64,000 nt of DNA from Deltaproteobacteria bacterium. Lineage in GTDB: Bacteria; Myxococcota; Myxococcia; Myxococcales; SZAS-1. Below the pieces are notes generated by a model. That model was not told the DNA's origin, made no database searches, and saw only the letters and a program-made list of their open reading frames with translations. Within the stretch, counting starts at the first letter, position 1, and the number at the start of each line of letters is the position of its first letter. A program made the translations under genes and the position numbers. The stretch spans positions 26,613 to 90,612 of the forward strand of contig JAFEBB010000025.1 of the NCBI GenBank assembly GCA_018266075.1, in the 5' to 3' direction. This document shows positions 59,583 to 64,000 of the stretch, piece after piece.

Positions 59583-61436
59583 ATGGGACGGGTCGTCTGG
59601 GCGCTGGGGTTGGGCGCCGCGATGGCGCTTTGGACGCGGCCCGCGGCGGCGCAGGAGCGCCCTGCCGTCGATCTCGATGCGATGCACGAGGCGATGTCGG
59701 GCGGCCCCGACGAGCACTACTCGAGCGCGCGCGCGTACTTCTACTACCTGCGCGCGATGACGCTCTCCGGCAACAACGACCACGCCGCCGCGATCGAGGA
59801 CCTGCGCCAGGCGGAGATCTACGACCCCGACTCGCCGCGCGTGCGCGTGGCCCTCGCGGAGCAGCTGGAGCGCCTGGGCGAGCTGAGCAAGGCCGACGAG
59901 GAGCTGCGCAAGGCGGCCGCGCGCACGCCCAAGGACGAGCCCACGCTCTTCGCGCTCGGACGCGTGCTGAGCGAGGAGAAGAAGCCGGCGAAGGCCATTC
60001 CCTGGCTGCAGAAGGCGCTCGCCATCGATCCCAAAGACGCCAGCGCCGCCATCGCGCTCGCGCAGGCGCACCTCGAGCTGGGCCAGGTCGAGGTGGCGGT
60101 GAAGACCATCGACGTCTTGGCCAAGGCGAGTCCGCTCGAGTCCGCGGGCTACAAGTACCTCGGCCAGGCGCTCGCGGAGCGCGGCGATGTGCGGCGCTCG
60201 GAGAAGGCGCTGCGTCAGGCCAAGGTGCGGGCGCCGGGCGACGTGGAGACGCTGCAGCTCTTGGCGCGGCTCCTCGAAGACACGGGGCGCCTCGCCGAAG
60301 CCGCGAGCGCGTACGACGAAGCGCTCGCCAGCGATCCCGAAGAGCCGAACGTGCTGCTCGCCGCAGGCACGCTGGCGCTGCGTCGGAGCGATCCGCAGAC
60401 CGCCAAGGCCTACTTCGACCAGCTCCTGGGCGTGATGCCCGACGACACGGACGTCAAGGTGAAGGTCGCGTTCGCCTGGTTCGGCGCTCACCGGCTGCAC
60501 GAGGCGGGGCAGCTCCTCGATGAAGCGCGCCGCAGCGTGCCCGACGACTCGCGGCTCGCGTTCTACGCGGGCCTGGTGCACGAGGACGAGCACGCCTTCG
60601 ATGCTGCGGCCGAGTCGTTCAACGGCGTGGACAAGGGCGCCGAGCTCTACCCCGAGGCGCGGCTGCACCTGGCGACCTGTTTGTCCGAGGCCGGTCACCA
60701 CGACGCGGCCATCACCGCGCTGCAGCAAGCGCTGGTGGATCACCCGGGCTCGACCGTGTACCTCACCGCGCTCGCCGACGCGTACGCGCGCGCAGGCAAG
60801 CTGCAGCAGGGCATCGAACTCTTGCAGCACGAGGCCGACGGCCAGGGCTCCGACGATCTCTACGCCGCGCTCGCGGACCTCTTCGAGCGCAACCACCGCA
60901 CGGGCGAGGCGATCGCTGTCCTCGAGAAGGCGCGCCTCGAGCACGTGAACCACCCGCGGCTCATCTACTCGCTCGCGGTGGCGTACGCGAAGGCCAACGA
61001 TCCGTCGAAGGCCGTGGGCACCATGAAGCAGCTGCTATCGCTCGAGCCCGAGAATGCCAACGCGCTCAACTTCATCGGCTACACCATGGCCGAGGCGGGG
61101 ACGGATCTCGAAGAGGCGGAGAAGTTCGTGAAGCGCGCGCTGCAGCTCCGGCCCGACTCGGGCGCGTTCACCGATTCGCTGGGCTGGGTGCTCTACAAGC
61201 GCGGCCTGTTCCGGCAGGCCGTCGAGGCGCTGCAGCACGCGGAGACCCTCACGCCCAACGAGCCGGTGATCATCGAGCACCTCGGCGACGCGCTCTCCAA
61301 GGTTGCGCGGCGCAACGACGCCGGCGACGCCTACAAGCGCGCGCTGGAGTTGCTCGATCAGGACACCGATCCCATCGAGCGAGACCAGGTGGAGCGCAAG
61401 CTCAAGGCCATCAGCGTGCAGCAGGCGGGGAACTGA
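59583..61436 (+). CDS. Secreted tetratricopeptide-repeat protein
   Basis: Track ORF 59463..61436 trimmed to ATG 59583. Signal MGRVVWALGLGAAMALWTRPAAA, then multiple TPR units along ~600 aa. Confidence 0.85.
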   Translation: MGRVVWALGLGAAMALWTRPAAAQERPAVDLDAMHEAMSGGPDEHYSSARAYFYYLRAMTLSGNNDHAAAIEDLRQAEIYDPDSPRVRVALAEQLERLGELSKADEELRKAAARTPKDEPTLFALGRVLSEEKKPAKAIPWLQKALAIDPKDASAAIALAQAHLELGQVEVAVKTIDVLAKASPLESAGYKYLGQALAERGDVRRSEKALRQAKVRAPGDVETLQLLARLLEDTGRLAEAASAYDEALASDPEEPNVLLAAGTLALRRSDPQTAKAYFDQLLGVMPDDTDVKVKVAFAWFGAHRLHEAGQLLDEARRSVPDDSRLAFYAGLVHEDEHAFDAAAESFNGVDKGAELYPEARLHLATCLSEAGHHDAAITALQQALVDHPGSTVYLTALADAYARAGKLQQGIELLQHEADGQGSDDLYAALADLFERNHRTGEAIAVLEKARLEHVNHPRLIYSLAVAYAKANDPSKAVGTMKQLLSLEPENANALNFIGYTMAEAGTDLEEAEKFVKRALQLRPDSGAFTDSLGWVLYKRGLFRQAVEALQHAETLTPNEPVIIEHLGDALSKVARRNDAGDAYKRALELLDQDTDPIERDQVERKLKAISVQQAGN

Positions 61437-62156
61437 GTGGCCCTCGCGCCCGACGTCCTCGATGCCCTGGGGCTGCCGATCCTCGAGGTCGGCGGGGTGC
61501 AGCTCGCCGTGGAGTCCGCGCGGCTCTACTGGCCCAGCGGCGAGGCGCGCGTGGCCGTGCTGGTGCAGGCCGCGTGGTCGGGCGCGGTGACGGTGGAGCT
61601 CGAGCTCACCTCGGGCAACGCGCGCGCCGTGCGCCAGGTGACCGTTCGCGACGCCGAGGTGCGGCGCGCGCGGCTGTCGCTCTCGCTGCCTGAAGGCGTG
61701 GCGCCGATTTCACTGGCGGTGAAGTCGAAGATTCCCGAGGGAGTCGAGCGCGTGCGCGCCGCCTGGCTCAAGGACCAGGTGGCGCCGGAGCCGAAGGCCG
61801 ATGCGTCCACGTTTGGCGCGATGTTTGGCGCGCTGCGCTTCGCCATGGGCAAGCGCGAGAAGAAGGTCGACGCGCGCGGGCCGGAGCAGGGCGCGCTGAG
61901 CGTCGAGCTGGAGGCGGTTGGCGCCGCGCCCCCCATTGCCGCCGAGGACGAGGCCGTCTGGCAGCCGGGCATGCCCGAACCGGAGGCGACCGGTGAGCTT
62001 CGCGTGTCCATGCCCGCGCCGCCGATGTCGACGGAGACGCGCACCGGCTCGCGCGGTGAGCGCATCGAGTGTCCGCACTGTTTCGCGCTCGCGTACGTCG
62101 AGGAAGTCCGCGTGGAGCTGCGCTGCCCGAGCTGTGCGCACGACTGGCGACTCTGA
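61437..62156 (+). CDS. Hypothetical protein with C-terminal zinc ribbon
   Basis: GTG start immediately after the TPR gene stop. C-terminal CPHC...CPSC. Confidence 0.6.
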   Translation: MALAPDVLDALGLPILEVGGVQLAVESARLYWPSGEARVAVLVQAAWSGAVTVELELTSGNARAVRQVTVRDAEVRRARLSLSLPEGVAPISLAVKSKIPEGVERVRAAWLKDQVAPEPKADASTFGAMFGALRFAMGKREKKVDARGPEQGALSVELEAVGAAPPIAAEDEAVWQPGMPEPEATGELRVSMPAPPMSTETRTGSRGERIECPHCFALAYVEEVRVELRCPSCAHDWRL

Positions 62157-62223
62157 GCGTCGAAGCGCGCTTGCCGCGTCGAAGCAGCCCAAGTAGGGTC
62201 CGCGCTCTTTCCCCGGAGGGACC

Positions 62224-63063
62224 GTGGCCGACATCCGCCGCGACGAGGGCAGCTTCCCCACCGCCGATAACCTGAAGCTCTTCTGGATCTCGGCCACGCC
62301 CGAAAATCCAAAGGCGCACCTCGCGCTGGTGCACGGGTACGCGGAGCACATTGGCCGCTACGGGCACGTCGTCGATCACTTCGCGGGGCTGGGCTACGCG
62401 GTGCACGGCTTCGACGTCCGCGGTCACGGGCGCAGCGAGGGCCGCCGCGGCCACGTGCGGCAGTTCAGCGACTACATGGACGACCTGCAGCGCTACCTCG
62501 ACCGCGTGAAGATCGCGGCGGGCGGCAAGAAGGTCTTCTTGTTCGGCCACTCGCACGGCGGGTTGCTCGCGGCCACGCACCTGCTCGGGCATCCGACGGA
62601 TCTCGCGGGCGCGATTCTCACCTCGCCGTTCTTCGGGCTCGCGTTCAAGCCGCCGGCGGTGAAGGTCACCGCAGCGAAGATCATCGGCCGCGTGGTTCCG
62701 GGACTGCACCTGGGCAATGAGATCAAGAGCGAGCAGCTCACACGCGACCAGGGCTTCGTGGAGGCGCACCGCGCCGACAAGCTGGTGTTCAACGTGACCA
62801 CGCCGGGCTGGTTCATGGCAGCCACGGCGGCGCAGGAGCGGATCATCGCCGAGGCAGGCCAGGTGACGTTGCCGGTGGGCATCTTCGCCGGCGGCAACGA
62901 CCCCATCGCCGACGTGAAGCTCGCGCAGGCGTTCTACGAGCGCTGCGGCTCGGCGGACAAGAGCTTCAAGGTGTACGAGGGCGCGCTGCACGAGGTGCTG
63001 AACGAGACGAACCGCGCGGAGGTGTATGCGGACATCAACGCGTGGATCGAGAAGCACCTCTAG
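62224..63063 (+). CDS. Alpha/beta hydrolase (lysophospholipase / monoacylglycerol-lipase-like)
   Basis: LVHGYAEH, GHGRS and nucleophile elbow GHSHGG, with C-terminal D and H positions. Confidence 0.9.
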   Translation: MADIRRDEGSFPTADNLKLFWISATPENPKAHLALVHGYAEHIGRYGHVVDHFAGLGYAVHGFDVRGHGRSEGRRGHVRQFSDYMDDLQRYLDRVKIAAGGKKVFLFGHSHGGLLAATHLLGHPTDLAGAILTSPFFGLAFKPPAVKVTAAKIIGRVVPGLHLGNEIKSEQLTRDQGFVEAHRADKLVFNVTTPGWFMAATAAQERIIAEAGQVTLPVGIFAGGNDPIADVKLAQAFYERCGSADKSFKVYEGALHEVLNETNRAEVYADINAWIEKHL

Positions 63064-63071
63064 TTCGGGCG

Positions 63072-63797
63072 ATGCGGTTTCGTTTTCTCGCGCTGGCTTC
63101 TCTCGTTGCGGTCGCTGCGTGCGTCGCGGCGAAACATGAAGAGAAGGCCAACGTCATTTCGCAACCTGATGGTGGCCGGCCGCTTTCGTTTCCGCGCGTC
63201 AAGCCGGGACTGAAGTGGCCGCCCCCGCTGGCGAGCGTGCGCGGGCGCGGGCTCGCGCTCTTCCGCTGCGACGTCACCATGCGTGGCACGGCGGAGAACT
63301 GCACGGTCGAGAAGGGCGTGGACGGGGTGGACGATGAAACGCTGCTCGCATTCGCGCGCAGCCTGAGCTTCGAACCCGCGCAACGGCCGGACGGGACACC
63401 CATCGACTTTCAGGACGACCGGTTTTCGATCGATATCAGGCCAGCGCGAGCTGCAGCAGACGGCGGCGCGTACCACGCGAGCGGCACTGACGACGACCCG
63501 GTCTTCTTTACGCCTGACATGAAGAAGCCGAAGTTCGATGAGGTCCGCTCTGAGCCGTTTCATTGGACGGCTCGCCAAGTCGACGCTCAGATCAGCGGGC
63601 TGGTGCTCGTCCAGTGTGACCTCACCAGGACCGGGCACCTCTGGAATTGCATGGTGCTGAAGCGACTCGAGGCGGTCAGCGACGATCAGATCCTCAAATA
63701 CGCCGACGGAGTCGTCTACTCGCCGGCTGAGTTTCCCGACGGAGGCGCCGCCGCGATCGCGCGCTTCACCGTCCCGTTGCGGCTCAAGGTGCCGTAG
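63072..63797 (+). CDS. Lipoprotein with two TonB C-terminal-like domains
   Basis: Track ORF 63042..63797 trimmed to ATG 63072. MRFRFLALASLVAVAAC lipobox. Two units of the type G.....C.V...G....C.V.K......D...L..A....F.PA..PDG. Confidence 0.65.
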   Translation: MRFRFLALASLVAVAACVAAKHEEKANVISQPDGGRPLSFPRVKPGLKWPPPLASVRGRGLALFRCDVTMRGTAENCTVEKGVDGVDDETLLAFARSLSFEPAQRPDGTPIDFQDDRFSIDIRPARAAADGGAYHASGTDDDPVFFTPDMKKPKFDEVRSEPFHWTARQVDAQISGLVLVQCDLTRTGHLWNCMVLKRLEAVSDDQILKYADGVVYSPAEFPDGGAAAIARFTVPLRLKVP

Positions 63798-64000
63798 GTG
63801 CGCTGAGGTTGCGCGGACATCGCCCCGAGGGTCGAGAGAGAGGCGCTGGCGATGATTGTCCTTCGTGCGCGAATCGTGCGGAGCAAGAACCCGGAGCCAC
63901 CGTGGCAGCCGGGACCCTACGTGGCTCCCGACAGTGTGTTTCCCACGCCGACGCGACTCGAGATTGAACTCGATAGTTCAGGCTTTTTGCTAATTGGATA

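Noticed and set aside
63852-64000. Partial ORF (MIVLRARIVRSKNPEPPW...) running off the 3' edge, together with a drop in GC over the last ~60 nt
   Set aside because: Only 49 codons are visible, GC3 is much lower than in confident genes, and there are no motifs. The sequence is too short to call either a gene or a compositional boundary.

Overview
Very GC-rich chromosomal segment (about 70 % by eye). It looks myxobacterial: DUF2378-type paralogues, many lipobox proteins with Ser/Thr/Gly linkers, ECF sigma factors, a Hanks-type kinase and a Che-like cluster. I support about 66 protein genes. I recognised no rRNA, tRNA, CRISPR array, transposase or integrase. All family assignments come from motifs read by eye, since no searches could be run. 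Because stop codons are rare at this GC content, the ORF track is full of long alternate-frame and antisense ORFs. I chose genes by recognisable motifs, signal peptides and lipoboxes, GC3 bias, and 4-nt ATGA/GTGA start-stop overlaps (3379, 9627, 10814, 15621, 19660, 27525, 34838, 35581, 38016, 41388, 45954).

Layout:
- 0.1-16.6 kb: envelope and accessory genes. These include lipoproteins, a Tat-exported GMC dehydrogenase pair flanked by two DUF2378 paralogues, a collagen-repeat protein, an MscS plus two cation/proton antiporter operon, and a GT-C glycosyltransferase.
- 16.7-28.7 kb: one same-strand housekeeping array, yceD-rpmF-fabH-fabD-[2 GspG-like genes]-fabG-acpP-fabF-[lipoprotein]-glyA-nrdR-ribD-ribE-ribBA. 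plsX is absent.
- 28.7-40.9 kb: a roughly 12-kb insertion separates ribBA from ribH-nusB. It holds a ParB-like orphan, an arylsulfotransferase-like lipoprotein with DAGPx repeats, a DUF1905/YdeI protein, and two divergent ECF-sigma modules. One module encodes an exported caspase-like protease. Both end in disulfide-rich lipoproteins.
- 42.4-49.8 kb: a 7-gene Che-like operon (cheY-cheA-cheW-cheW-HEAT-cheR-cheB) with no MCP.
- 49.9-64 kb: another Cys-rich lipoprotein, a Ser/Thr kinase, a CheY-like regulator, a MshEN-GAF protein with a degenerate cyclase domain, GNAT, a large CarboxypepD_reg-type lipoprotein, a TPR protein, an alpha/beta hydrolase and a TonB_C-like lipoprotein.

Best leads:
- the ECF / anti-sigma / caspase-like / Cys-rich lipoprotein module
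- the MshEN-GAF-pseudo-cyclase protein
- the MCP-less Che cluster
- the pseudopilin-like genes inside the fab operon
- an unannotated 60-aa Cys-rich ORF
- a frameshift-prone heptamer repeat in cheA
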